From positions 28,272-92,271 of the forward strand of contig JACPGJ010000008.1 in assembly GCA_016182555.1 (NCBI GenBank): DNA of 64,000 bases. Reading direction: 5' to 3'. The DNA comes from Candidatus Kerfeldbacteria bacterium. Its GTDB lineage: Bacteria > Patescibacteriota > Patescibacteriia > UBA9570 > XYC2-FULL-38-9. The notes beneath the pieces were generated by a model. That model did not search any database, was not told the origin of the DNA, and was given only the letters and a program-made list of their open reading frames with translations. Positions 17,942 through 28,098 of this stretch are shown piece by piece. The position numbers and the translations under genes were made by a program. Every line of letters begins with the position of its first letter. The first letter of the stretch is position 1.

Positions 17942-19399
17942 ATGGGGGCATCAGGGCGCATCGCAAAAAATACGACCTATCTCACCATTGCGTCCATTTT
18001 GCAAAAGGTCATCTCTTTTGTTTATTATGGCTATTTAGCGTCTGGAATTGGTACCGCGAACTTAGGGAAATATGATACGGCGTTGCGCTTCTCTTCGATT
18101 TTTATTATTTTCATGGATTTTGGTCTTGGCGCACTATTTACTCGCGAAGTGGCAAAAGACGAAGATCGGTTACAACAACACTTTAATCGATTTTTTAGTA
18201 TCAAAATTGTACTGATTGCTGTGACGTTGGCCGTATATATTGTGGCCACGCAGCTCTCGCATATCGTGTTTCATAATGTCGACAGTACAGATGTGTATTT
18301 ATATTATCTTGCTGGTTGTATTATCGTGTTGGATACCTTAACCTTTACTCTGTTTACCATTTTTCGTTCATTGAAACAGATGCAATGGGAAGCGTTCGGC
18401 ATTCTCATCTATCAAAGTGTGATCTATGTTGCTGGGATTCTATTTTTACATTTTCACCTACCGATTGTGTATGTGTTATTACCATTATTGTTTGGCTCAT
18501 TCATACAGTTAGTATACATGTGGGTGTTGGTAAAATGGAAAACGGGACTGACATTTCACTTTCAATGGCAATGGAAAGATGTTAAAACAGTTATTTTCCT
18601 CGCCGCGCCATTTGCGATCGCTGGTATTTTTTTCCGGTTAAGTGGCACGGCAGATGGATTGATGCTGAAAATTATGATTAGCGATTCGCATGCGGGTTGG
18701 TTCGCCCTGCCCTATAAGTTGGCGTTTGCATTAACCGTACTGCCGGGTGCATTTGCGAGTAGCTACTTTCCTGTCGTGAGTCATTATTATAAGCATGCGA
18801 AGGATCAGCTACACCTTGCTGTAGAATCGGGTATCTTTTATATGTTTTTATTGAGCATGCCCATTGTCGGTGGTGTTCTGGTATTGGCAGATGAAATTAT
18901 TTTGCGTGGATGGGGAACAGTTTTTGCTGGTTCGATTACAACCTTGCGTATATTTATGATCGCCCTACCGTTTATTTTTTTGAACTATCCGATTGGAAAT
19001 TTTTTAAATGCGGTGAATCGTCAAAAGTTAAATACCGTCAACATGTGTATTTCACTGGTAGTGAATATTATCTTGAACTTTATCCTTATTCCGTATTATA
19101 CATTTAATGGTGCGGCAATTGCCGCAGTCATTTCGAATGTGTTGTTAGTTTTGCTCGGCTTGCCATGGGTGTACCGTATTTCTGGTTTCTCTATCCTTCG
19201 TGTATTTAAAAAATTTGCCGCAACCTTTTTTGCAGCTGGCGTCATGACGGTCGTGCTCTATTTCGTGCAATATACGTATAACATTTTGCTTCTTATTATT
19301 ATTGGTGGGGTATTGTATGCAACCGTATTGTTACTGACGAATGGATTGACAAAAGAAGAATTATATCAATTGAAAAAAGCGATTCTCAAACGCGGTTAG
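17942..19399 (+). CDS. polysaccharide/oligosaccharide flippase (MOP superfamily, Wzx-like)
   Basis: ATG at 17942, inside ORF 17828..19399, avoids overlap with rpsI. About 14 predicted TM helices with topology typical of polysaccharide biosynthesis proteins. Confidence 0.6.
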   Translation: MGASGRIAKNTTYLTIASILQKVISFVYYGYLASGIGTANLGKYDTALRFSSIFIIFMDFGLGALFTREVAKDEDRLQQHFNRFFSIKIVLIAVTLAVYIVATQLSHIVFHNVDSTDVYLYYLAGCIIVLDTLTFTLFTIFRSLKQMQWEAFGILIYQSVIYVAGILFLHFHLPIVYVLLPLLFGSFIQLVYMWVLVKWKTGLTFHFQWQWKDVKTVIFLAAPFAIAGIFFRLSGTADGLMLKIMISDSHAGWFALPYKLAFALTVLPGAFASSYFPVVSHYYKHAKDQLHLAVESGIFYMFLLSMPIVGGVLVLADEIILRGWGTVFAGSITTLRIFMIALPFIFLNYPIGNFLNAVNRQKLNTVNMCISLVVNIILNFILIPYYTFNGAAIAAVISNVLLVLLGLPWVYRISGFSILRVFKKFAATFFAAGVMTVVLYFVQYTYNILLLIIIGGVLYATVLLLTNGLTKEELYQLKKAILKRG

Positions 19400-19408
19400 T
19401 ATAAGCGT

Positions 19409-20557
19409 ATGAAAAAAACACTTCTCATGACACTGGATTATCCGCCGATGGTTGGTGGAGTAGCGAATTATTATAGACATTTGGTTGAACAGTTGCCACA
19501 AGAATCCATCGTCGTGCTCGATAATGCTCACGGCGAATTACTCTCGTCATCGCGCTGGGTATGGCCGAAATGGTTGAAGGCAGTATCATCGACTTATCGA
19601 TTGATAAAAAAAGAAAAAATAGAGCATCTATTGGTTGGGCAGATTTTACCATTAGGAACGGTTGCGCTTATGTTGCATTTGTGGCTGCGTATTCCCTATA
19701 CGGTGATGACGCACGCCATGGATGTCACGTTGCCATTTGGGCCAGAAGGTTCGCGTCGTAAACAATGGTTAATCAAGAACATTTTGCACAAAGCCGCTGC
19801 TGTTACAACGGTGAGTTCATTTACAAAAAATAAACTGCGTGAATTGGGTGTACAGTCACATAAAATTTTTTTAGTCTACCCTTGCCCGCATATTACCCCT
19901 GAATTATTATCTGCTAAACACCCTCCGCAAGACTACTCGCGCGAACTGCGTTTTGCTACGCAAAGCCGATGTTCGCTTGAGTATCTTGCTGCGGGTATTG
20001 CGCAAGGTAAAAAAATTATTTTAAGTGTGGGAAGGCTGGTTGAACGAAAAGGATTTGACATGGTGATACGTGCATTGCCTGAATTGCGAAAAATATTTCC
20101 GAATATTTTATACATTATTGTAGGCGATGGAACTGATCGTCAACGTTTAGAACAAATTGCCCGTGAGCAGCGCGTTGATGACATTGTTCACTTTACCGAA
20201 GTAATTTCTGACGAAGCAATCGCGCAATGGTTTGCCGCGTGTACATTTTTTGTCATGCCTTCTCGGAAGCTTAGCAATAATGATGTTGAAGGTTTTGGCA
20301 TTGTCTATTTGGAAGCGAACAGTTTTGGGAAACCAGTCATTGCCGGCAATAGTGGCGGCGTGCATGATGCCGTGATTGATGGTCAAACTGGTTTGCTTGT
20401 TGAGCCAGAAAATGTAACCATGCTTACCCAAGCGATGAATCGGTTTTTGGATGACTCAGCGTTTGCACAGCGTTTAGGCCAGCAAGGTCAAGCTCGCGTT
20501 CATGAACAGTTTCGTTGGTCACTACAGGCACAAACAGTACAACGAATGCTTGAATAG
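19409..20557 (+). CDS. glycosyltransferase family 4 (GT-B, retaining)
   Basis: C-terminal EGFGIVYLEANSFGKPVIAGNSGGVHDAVIDGQTGLLVEP, matching the GT4 EX7E-type motif. Confidence 0.8.
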   Translation: MKKTLLMTLDYPPMVGGVANYYRHLVEQLPQESIVVLDNAHGELLSSSRWVWPKWLKAVSSTYRLIKKEKIEHLLVGQILPLGTVALMLHLWLRIPYTVMTHAMDVTLPFGPEGSRRKQWLIKNILHKAAAVTTVSSFTKNKLRELGVQSHKIFLVYPCPHITPELLSAKHPPQDYSRELRFATQSRCSLEYLAAGIAQGKKIILSVGRLVERKGFDMVIRALPELRKIFPNILYIIVGDGTDRQRLEQIAREQRVDDIVHFTEVISDEAIAQWFAACTFFVMPSRKLSNNDVEGFGIVYLEANSFGKPVIAGNSGGVHDAVIDGQTGLLVEPENVTMLTQAMNRFLDDSAFAQRLGQQGQARVHEQFRWSLQAQTVQRMLE

Positions 20558-20611
20558 CCGCTTAACTTTGGCATTGACCGCGACGTTCAAAAACGATAGA
20601 ATTTTGTTTAT

Positions 20612-21778
20612 ATGGCATCCAACGATTGTTCTGGTCTTATACTATTGAACATGTCTCCGCGTTCAGACTGGGAGAGGGGAGTCGTGAATCGGAACTATCA
20701 TATTGCGCAGGGCTTACTCAATAGCGGGAAATTTAGTCACATTATTTCGGTGGATTTTTTACCATTTTCCTTTAAAAAAAAATTACGTGTACTGCTGAAA
20801 GAAAAACCATGGAAACGGAATGCGCACACCGTTTATTGGCGTCCATATATTCGTATTGATCGAGATGCGAAACAGAAGCAGTTATATCATGTCACGGCGA
20901 CTAGTTTGAAACACTTGCCAGCTATCCTTCGCCGGTTATCATTCCCACAACAACTGACTATTTGGTCATATAATCCGTTTACTGCGCCGCTTTTTCAAAA
21001 ATTTCCTGAGGCAAAAATTATTTTTGACGCCGTTGATAATTGGGCCGATCATCCCGTATATGCATCTCAGGCCGAACAACTGCGAGAACAGTATACAATC
21101 ATTCAAAAACGTGCTGATGTTATTTTTACCGTTTCTGAAGGATTAGTGGATTTTTTTGGAAAACAAAAAAATGTTTTTTATATTCCGAATGGCGTAGATG
21201 TAGCACATTTTGGCCATGCGCAGTGCCATATGCCTATTCCGATCAGTATTGATCAAACCGCAGGGGAGCGTCTCATCGGGTATCATGGGGTCATTCAGTC
21301 ACGCGTGAACTTTGCCATTATTGAATACTTGGCACAACAACATCCAGAATGGCACCAAGTGCTTATCGGTCCAGTGTGGAAAGACGTTGTCAAAGAGCTG
21401 CAACGGATAGTGAACACGTACCCCCATGTCCATGCCCTCGGCAGTGTTTCATATAATCAATTGCCAAGTGCGATTGCGTGTTTTGATGTGGCCATGATTC
21501 CACATAAAATTGACGCCTTCACTCATTCTATGAATCCGTTGAAAATGTATGAATACCTTGCGTGCGGTAAACCGATTGTTGCTACACCTATAGCGGGCAG
21601 CGATCAATTTCAGGATTTGATTACGACGGCCATCTCTCCAGAAGATTTTTCACAAGCGATTACACGCGCGCTTCAAGAACATACCCCAGAACTTCGTCAA
21701 CGGCGTATCTCTATGGCACAAGGTCATTCGTGGCAACACCGTATACAGAAGATGTTCGAAATTATGGACCGCAGTTAG
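20612..21778 (+). CDS. GT-B fold glycosyltransferase (GT1/GT4-like)
   Basis: 388-aa ORF with C-terminal NPLKMYEYLACGKPIVATPIAGS, typical of GT4-like enzymes. Confidence 0.6.
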   Translation: MASNDCSGLILLNMSPRSDWERGVVNRNYHIAQGLLNSGKFSHIISVDFLPFSFKKKLRVLLKEKPWKRNAHTVYWRPYIRIDRDAKQKQLYHVTATSLKHLPAILRRLSFPQQLTIWSYNPFTAPLFQKFPEAKIIFDAVDNWADHPVYASQAEQLREQYTIIQKRADVIFTVSEGLVDFFGKQKNVFYIPNGVDVAHFGHAQCHMPIPISIDQTAGERLIGYHGVIQSRVNFAIIEYLAQQHPEWHQVLIGPVWKDVVKELQRIVNTYPHVHALGSVSYNQLPSAIACFDVAMIPHKIDAFTHSMNPLKMYEYLACGKPIVATPIAGSDQFQDLITTAISPEDFSQAITRALQEHTPELRQRRISMAQGHSWQHRIQKMFEIMDRS

Positions 21779-21839
21779 CGGTGCCACGCGAATCTCATCA
21801 CTTGATTCCTTCTCTATTAAACGCTAGAGTATACCCTAT

Positions 21840-22730
21840 ATGGATATCTCCGTTATGATAGTAACATTCAATTCAGCCAATCATATTCGTGATTGTTTGC
21901 GTACTATTAAAGCACAAACACAGGGCATTACGTATGAAGTCATGGTGACCGATAATGCGTCAACAGACGGTACTCCAGAGATCATAAAAAAGGAATTTCC
22001 GTGGGTACGGCTCATTGAAAATACGGTCAACCGTGGATTTGGTGTAGCAAATAATCAGGCCGCAGAAATGGCGACTGGCGAGGTATTGTTTATTCTCAAC
22101 GATGACACCGTCCTAAAAGAAAATTCGTTGAAACTGTTCCATGATACACTCATGAGCGATAAATCTATTGGCGTACTTGGTTGCCATTTGATTTTTCCTG
22201 ATGGTCGTCATCAAGATTCAGTACGGCGGTATCCACGCATTTCCGACCAAGCAATCATTCTGAGCAAGCTGCATAATTTTTTCCCGAATTTGGGATCAAT
22301 CCGTCGGTATTTAGCACAGGATATTGATTACGCGAAAGAGCAGGAAGTGGACCAGGTTATGGGTGCCTGTATGGTGATGCGGCGCGAAGTGTTTGAACGC
22401 GCGCACGGTTTTGATGAACGTTTTTTTGTGTGGTTTGAAGAGGTGGATTTGCAAAAGCGTATTCACGAAGAGCAGGGTTTGCGTATTGTGTATTCGCCGC
22501 TTACAGAGATTATTCATCTAAAGGGAGCGACGTTTGGAAAAGTCATGACCCTCACGAATCAACGTCGACTCAACCGTAGTATGCGCCAATATTTTTATAA
22601 ACACCACGGGATCATGGCGGCGGCTGTGTTAACAATGCTACAACCGTTCAGCCTATTGCTGGCGTGGCTCGTTCACGTGTATACTCAATCTGGAAGAGAT
22701 ATAAAAAAATTGAAACATGGACAAAATTAG
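21840..22730 (+). CDS. glycosyltransferase family 2
   Basis: SVMIVTFNSANHIRDCL ... VMVTDNASTDGT ... ILNDD (DxD) in the N-terminal GT-A domain. Confidence 0.8.
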   Translation: MDISVMIVTFNSANHIRDCLRTIKAQTQGITYEVMVTDNASTDGTPEIIKKEFPWVRLIENTVNRGFGVANNQAAEMATGEVLFILNDDTVLKENSLKLFHDTLMSDKSIGVLGCHLIFPDGRHQDSVRRYPRISDQAIILSKLHNFFPNLGSIRRYLAQDIDYAKEQEVDQVMGACMVMRREVFERAHGFDERFFVWFEEVDLQKRIHEEQGLRIVYSPLTEIIHLKGATFGKVMTLTNQRRLNRSMRQYFYKHHGIMAAAVLTMLQPFSLLLAWLVHVYTQSGRDIKKLKHGQN

Positions 22731-24249
22731 TGCATCTATCCAAGATATTCGTCAGAGCCTTCGATTTGGGTGGGTCGCTCTTGCCATTGTTGTTATCGAA
22801 GTACTCTCATTTGCCGGTTTTGCATTTCCAGCGTTCCAGCACATCGTATTTTTTTGTTTCCTCTTTGCTGCATTGTTGATCACCCTCAAGAACCTCCACT
22901 ACGGCATAATTATTCTTCTGATGGAATTATGTGTGGGCTCAAAAGGATATTTATTTGCCGTGCCTGTCGGGGGAATGACTATCTCTATTCGTTTAGGGTT
23001 ATTTATTATTATTTTTTTCTGTTACCTCATTTGGATCATCCGCGAACGTTCTATGACTTTTTTTCATTGGCCATTGCGTTATCCATACATGCTGTTGTTC
23101 GCGATGATTCTGATCTCTCCATTGGTTGGTCGATTTCATGGAAACACACTGAGCAATATATTTTTTGATGCCAATGGATATCTGTATTTTCTATTGATTG
23201 GCCCGATGACACAAGCGATCAAAAATCGAAAACAGTTGAATCAATTACTTGCAGCGGTGACTGTCGCAGCTTTGCTCATCGCATTAGAAACACTTGTTCT
23301 ACTTTTTCTTTTCTCGCATATTAAAAATTTTCCACAAAGTTGGTATGTCATTTATCGGTGGATACGCGAAACTGGCGTAGGAGAGGTGACTATTTTCGGT
23401 AGCGGTTTTCCACGTATTTTTTTTCAAAGCCATCTTTATCAAACGATGCTCTTTTTCTTTTTTGGTTTTTTGCTTGCACATATACCAACCATTCGCTCTC
23501 GCGCCGCTCAGTTTCCATTCATCATCACCACCTCGTCACTCATGATTATTTTTTTAAGTTACTCACGCAGTTTTTGGTTAGCGACGTTTGTTGGGTTGGG
23601 GATGGCATTTTTCTGGTTATTCTGGAAAGAAAAAGTTAGTTGGCGGCGTCTCGGTATCACTCTTGGTATCTTGTTGATGATGTTTGTTATGGATTTTGGT
23701 ATAGCCTATGGCATTATTAATATTCCACTGAGCGGTTCTTCAGGGGTGAACGCTTCTTCGCTATTGACTCAGCGTACGAAAGATATTAGTACCGAACCCG
23801 CCGCAGCGAGCAGGTGGCAGCTATTAAAACCACTCGCGCAAAAAGCCATGGAGCACCCTCTGCTGGGTTCTGGTTTGGGTTCTACGCTCACCTATCATAC
23901 AGCTGACCCTCGGGTGTTAGAGCAACACCCAAATGGTGAATATACCACATACGCTTTTGAATGGGGGTATGGAGATCTTGCATTTAAATTTGGATTCATT
24001 GGTTTGTTGGTATTCGGGTATTTCTTTTTCAGTATTATTCATTCTGGTTGGCAAGCCGCCCAGCCGCATAACCAATATGCCCCAATGATTAGGGGATTCA
24101 TTTTGTCGCTGGTGGTGTTGCTGGGTATCCATTTCTTTACTCCCTATGTGAATCATCCACTTGGTATTGGTTGGATACTGATTATTTCCATTGCCTTTCC
24201 ATTGCTTGGCACAAATACTCACTCATCAATAGAAAAAAAACAATCATGA
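22717..24249 (+). CDS. O-antigen ligase/polymerase-like membrane protein (Wzy_C-type)
   Basis: 510-aa ORF with about 12 TM helices, a large loop after FLSYSRSFWLATFVGLG, and MEHPLLGSGLGS. Confidence 0.55.
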   Translation: MDKISASIQDIRQSLRFGWVALAIVVIEVLSFAGFAFPAFQHIVFFCFLFAALLITLKNLHYGIIILLMELCVGSKGYLFAVPVGGMTISIRLGLFIIIFFCYLIWIIRERSMTFFHWPLRYPYMLLFAMILISPLVGRFHGNTLSNIFFDANGYLYFLLIGPMTQAIKNRKQLNQLLAAVTVAALLIALETLVLLFLFSHIKNFPQSWYVIYRWIRETGVGEVTIFGSGFPRIFFQSHLYQTMLFFFFGFLLAHIPTIRSRAAQFPFIITTSSLMIIFLSYSRSFWLATFVGLGMAFFWLFWKEKVSWRRLGITLGILLMMFVMDFGIAYGIINIPLSGSSGVNASSLLTQRTKDISTEPAAASRWQLLKPLAQKAMEHPLLGSGLGSTLTYHTADPRVLEQHPNGEYTTYAFEWGYGDLAFKFGFIGLLVFGYFFFSIIHSGWQAAQPHNQYAPMIRGFILSLVVLLGIHFFTPYVNHPLGIGWILIISIAFPLLGTNTHSSIEKKQS

Positions 24250-25265
24250 TTCAACCGGCTTATTCTATCGTGATTGCAACGTATCATGGTGCTGAATTTA
24301 TGCCTGGTCTTTTTCATTCTATTCATGCACAGACCGTCCAGCCAGCAGAGGTTGTGGTGATCGACAATTCCACAACAGATGCGGGTGCATGTGCGGCAGC
24401 GATTCGTCAGTATTATCCAGAAGCAAAACTATTTGTACAACATGAAAATAGAGATTTTTGCGCTGGCTACAATTTGGGCATGCAAAAAGCACAAAGTGAA
24501 TATATCTTCATCTTGAATCAAGACATGGTTCTGGAGCCGCGTGCTGCAGAGGAATTATTGAGCACCCTCATGACGAATGAACGTATTGGGGCTGTGGCAC
24601 CAATCGTGCGCAGGCTCACTCCAGATAAAGAGAAAACATCTATTATTGATACGGTGGGAATTCAAGGAACACGTGCTCGCCGGTTTACCAATAGAGGTGA
24701 AGGAGAAGAAGATCGTGGTCAATATGTCAGCGCCACGGAACCATTTGGTATATCTGGTGCAGCAATGTTGTTTCGTAAAGCTGCTCTTACTGATGTCGCT
24801 CAACATGGTGGCGGAAAACCAGAAGAATATTTTGATGAAGACTTTGTGGCATATAAAGATGATGTGGATATGAGTTATCGTTTGCGTCATCGTGGATGGA
24901 GGATCTGTATTGTTCCAAGCGCAATGATCTACCACCAACGCACTGCACAGGAAACGAAAATCAACCAAACACGGGGAATATTCACCAATCGCAATCATAA
25001 ATCCTTTCGTATTCGTAGCTATTCACTCCGAAATCATTGGTCGGTATTGATCAAAAATGAGCCCCTGAGTAATATAGGTGTTCACGCCCCCTGGATTTTT
25101 TGGTACGAATTGCGTAAAATACTCTTTGTGCTCTTCTTTGAATGGGATACACTCAAAACGATCCCTTCTTTTATTAAATATTTTCCGCGCATGCTTGCTA
25201 AACGTCGTGCGATCCTTTCTTCTTCAACAATCAGCGCGAAACAATTACGATCTTGGTTTGCTTAA
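24246..25265 (+). CDS. glycosyltransferase family 2
   Basis: ATG at 24246 (ATGA overlap with the upstream stop). YSIVIATYHG ... VVVIDNSTTD ... ILNQDMVL ... DDVDMSYR. Confidence 0.75.
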   Translation: MIQPAYSIVIATYHGAEFMPGLFHSIHAQTVQPAEVVVIDNSTTDAGACAAAIRQYYPEAKLFVQHENRDFCAGYNLGMQKAQSEYIFILNQDMVLEPRAAEELLSTLMTNERIGAVAPIVRRLTPDKEKTSIIDTVGIQGTRARRFTNRGEGEEDRGQYVSATEPFGISGAAMLFRKAALTDVAQHGGGKPEEYFDEDFVAYKDDVDMSYRLRHRGWRICIVPSAMIYHQRTAQETKINQTRGIFTNRNHKSFRIRSYSLRNHWSVLIKNEPLSNIGVHAPWIFWYELRKILFVLFFEWDTLKTIPSFIKYFPRMLAKRRAILSSSTISAKQLRSWFA

Positions 25266-25269
25266 TGAT

Positions 25270-26055
25270 ATGAAATTATCATTTGTTATTTTGGGATACA
25301 AAGACTTGCATTATGTTCGTTTGTGTATCAAAAATATTTTGAAATTGAATCTATCCGTGAAATACGAAATTATTTATGTCGATAATGCTGGGCATGTTGG
25401 TATTCCGGAAATGGTGCGTTTGCTTTACCCTAAAGTTCGCATTGTTCAAAATGAAAAAAATCTTGGCCATCCAGCCGGCAATAACGCTGGTTTACGTGTG
25501 GCGCAGGGCGAATATATTCTCATGATTAACCCCGATATTGTGCTTCGTTCTGCCGAAGATATTCAACGCGTTTTGACCTATATGGATGAACACAAAGATA
25601 TCGCCATTCTTGGTCCACGTTTGAATAACACAGATGGCACCGTACAAAATTCCTGTTACCGAAAATATTCTAAACTCACACCGATTTTCCGCCGAACATT
25701 TTTAGGAAAATTACCATGGGGTAAAAAAGATATTGCTCGGCATTTGATGCTTGATTTCGATCATGATAAAACTCAAAACGTGGAATGGATACTGGGTGCC
25801 TGTCTCTTTTTACGAAAATCAATCATTGACCAAATTGGTTTGATGAATCCAAAATTCTTTATGTATTTTGGTGATTATGAATGGTGTGATCGCGCATGGG
25901 CAAGTGGATACCGTGTTGTGTACTTCCATGATGTGCATGGTATATTCCATTATCATAAACGTGAATCGGCATCAAGCCGTTTTTCTATTCCACAATTATT
26001 TTCGTATGCAACCCGTGTGCATTTAAAAGATTGGCTAACCTATTTACATATTTAA
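25270..26055 (+). CDS. glycosyltransferase family 2
   Basis: ATG at 25270, just after the upstream stop. LSFVILGYKD ... IIYVDNAGH ... MINPDIVL ... DYEWCDRA. Confidence 0.7.
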   Translation: MKLSFVILGYKDLHYVRLCIKNILKLNLSVKYEIIYVDNAGHVGIPEMVRLLYPKVRIVQNEKNLGHPAGNNAGLRVAQGEYILMINPDIVLRSAEDIQRVLTYMDEHKDIAILGPRLNNTDGTVQNSCYRKYSKLTPIFRRTFLGKLPWGKKDIARHLMLDFDHDKTQNVEWILGACLFLRKSIIDQIGLMNPKFFMYFGDYEWCDRAWASGYRVVYFHDVHGIFHYHKRESASSRFSIPQLFSYATRVHLKDWLTYLHI

Positions 26056-26058
26056 TCT

Positions 26059-28074
26059 ATGCATAACTTCGCACACCCATCCCATAGCACAAAAACAGCC
26101 AAAAAAGGCGGGAGTATACGAGAACGTTGGCGACGTCTTTCGCGTTTCAAAAAAACGATTATCACAACGATACTCGTACTCACCATCATTATTATTTTGC
26201 TGGGGGTGTGGGCACTGGTGAATATACGAGTAATGAAACGTGCGTATGCTGAAGGGTTAGCGGCAAAGCACAGTTTTGAATATGCACAGGTAGAGGTGGG
26301 AAATCAAAATTTTCCGCAAGCAATAAAAAATTTACAAGAAGCGAGCACACATTTTGATAATGCATATAGCCAATTGCGTCGGTTTGCGATTTATAAATAT
26401 ATTCCGGGTGTGCGCCCACAAATTCAAGCCGTGGAAAATATTTTGCTTGCCGGAAAAAGTTTGTCACAAGGTTTAGAGTCACTGGCCAATGTTGGCGCAG
26501 CAATAACCAGTGTCACGAATGTAAAAGATGCATCGTTTGCCGAAATTTCTGCAGAACAAAAGCGTGAATTGTTGAAAACATTAAACGAATCTACAGCCGA
26601 TTTACAAGGGGTAAAAGCCGAAATTGAGTTAGCCACAGTATTGATTGAAGAAATTCCCGACCATGGATTATTGAAACCAATTCGCTCTGCAGTAGAACCA
26701 GTGAAGCAGCAATTACCATTGCTCGAAACGTTGATTCATCAAGCTATTCCAACGGCAGAATCTTTACCATCCATTCTTGGGTACCCGAATGAAAAAACAT
26801 ATCTATTCCTTTTACAGAACAATCGTGAAATGCGACCAACGGGTGGGTTTATTGGTACGTATGGTATTCTCAAAATGGATGCCGGAGAGATTGCCGCATT
26901 TTCAACGGATAACGTATATAATTTAGATAATGCGTCTGAAGGCCGTGTCACAGAACCGTCACCGGGACCGATTGCGCAACATACGAGTACTCAAAATTGG
27001 CTCTTCCGCAATATTAACTGGTCACCAGATTTTCCAACGACGGCACGAAAGGCTGAAGATAAATATTATGAAGAAGGCGGAGCAGAGCAGAATATTGACG
27101 GAGTTATTGCCGTAACACCAACGTTTATCGAATCATTATTGGAATTAACCGGACCAATCACTGTTGATGGCATCGAATTCACCAGCGATAATTTTTTTGA
27201 AACATTAGAATATCAAGTGGAGCTGAATTATGACAACAATGGGTTAACCGAAGCACAACGCAAAGAGGTGATTGGCCACCTTTCAGAAGCATTATTGGAT
27301 AAATTATTAGGTTTGCCACGTTCACAATTTGCTACTATTTGGGAAACGTTTGTGAAAGATGTGAATTCTAAACAAATTCTTATCTATCTCGATGATTCCA
27401 CAACGCAAAATTTAGTTACAGAACAAAATTGGGCAGGAGAGATGAAATCTGCTGGAGAAGGGTCAGATTTTGTTATGGTTGTTGATGCAAATTTAGCGGC
27501 ACTGAAAACAGATGAAAAAATGGAACGTTCATTATCTTATGCAGTCACAAAAGAGGGAGATGACTATGTCGGAACACTTGATATGCATTATCAAAATAAT
27601 ACCGAGCATATTAACGAATTTTATACACGTTACCGCACCTATACTCGTATCTACCTTCCTGCTGGAACAGAACTGCTTGAACAATCTGGATTCATGACCA
27701 ACGATAAACTCCATAACGGCAAGCCAACGGATCCAGATGTGTATGAGGAATCCTATACTCAAATAAATGGAGAGCAATCTAGCTACACGGTGGTTGGTGG
27801 ATTTATCTCTATTGAACCACAGGAAACTGGTACATTGCATCTGAAATATCGCCTTCCGTCGATCGTTGCAGAGAAAATTAAGCAGGGCGAATATACACTC
27901 TATGTCCAAAAAGAAGCAGGAACGATTGCCCATGGACTTACGGTTTCCGTGGATGTCGGGAAAAAAATAACGAATGTTACACCATTTGACTTTACAAAAG
28001 AAATAGGGGATACTAGACTGTCACTGAGTACAGATCTCTCTATAGACAGGAAATTCAGTGTAGAGCTCAAATAA
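26059..28074 (+). CDS. DUF4012-like surface protein (N-terminal TM anchor)
   Basis: 671-aa ORF with one TM helix near the N-terminus, a central NNREMRPTGGFIGTYG motif remembered from DUF4012 proteins, and a position inside a glycan locus. Confidence 0.5.
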   Translation: MHNFAHPSHSTKTAKKGGSIRERWRRLSRFKKTIITTILVLTIIIILLGVWALVNIRVMKRAYAEGLAAKHSFEYAQVEVGNQNFPQAIKNLQEASTHFDNAYSQLRRFAIYKYIPGVRPQIQAVENILLAGKSLSQGLESLANVGAAITSVTNVKDASFAEISAEQKRELLKTLNESTADLQGVKAEIELATVLIEEIPDHGLLKPIRSAVEPVKQQLPLLETLIHQAIPTAESLPSILGYPNEKTYLFLLQNNREMRPTGGFIGTYGILKMDAGEIAAFSTDNVYNLDNASEGRVTEPSPGPIAQHTSTQNWLFRNINWSPDFPTTARKAEDKYYEEGGAEQNIDGVIAVTPTFIESLLELTGPITVDGIEFTSDNFFETLEYQVELNYDNNGLTEAQRKEVIGHLSEALLDKLLGLPRSQFATIWETFVKDVNSKQILIYLDDSTTQNLVTEQNWAGEMKSAGEGSDFVMVVDANLAALKTDEKMERSLSYAVTKEGDDYVGTLDMHYQNNTEHINEFYTRYRTYTRIYLPAGTELLEQSGFMTNDKLHNGKPTDPDVYEESYTQINGEQSSYTVVGGFISIEPQETGTLHLKYRLPSIVAEKIKQGEYTLYVQKEAGTIAHGLTVSVDVGKKITNVTPFDFTKEIGDTRLSLSTDLSIDRKFSVELK

Positions 28075-28098
28075 TTCCAATAACACTAGCAACCCTAT

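Noticed and set aside
22770-23168. 132-aa alternative-frame ORF inside the O-antigen-ligase-like gene.
   Set aside because: It is fully nested in a long, hydrophobic, well-formed membrane-protein ORF and has no independent support.
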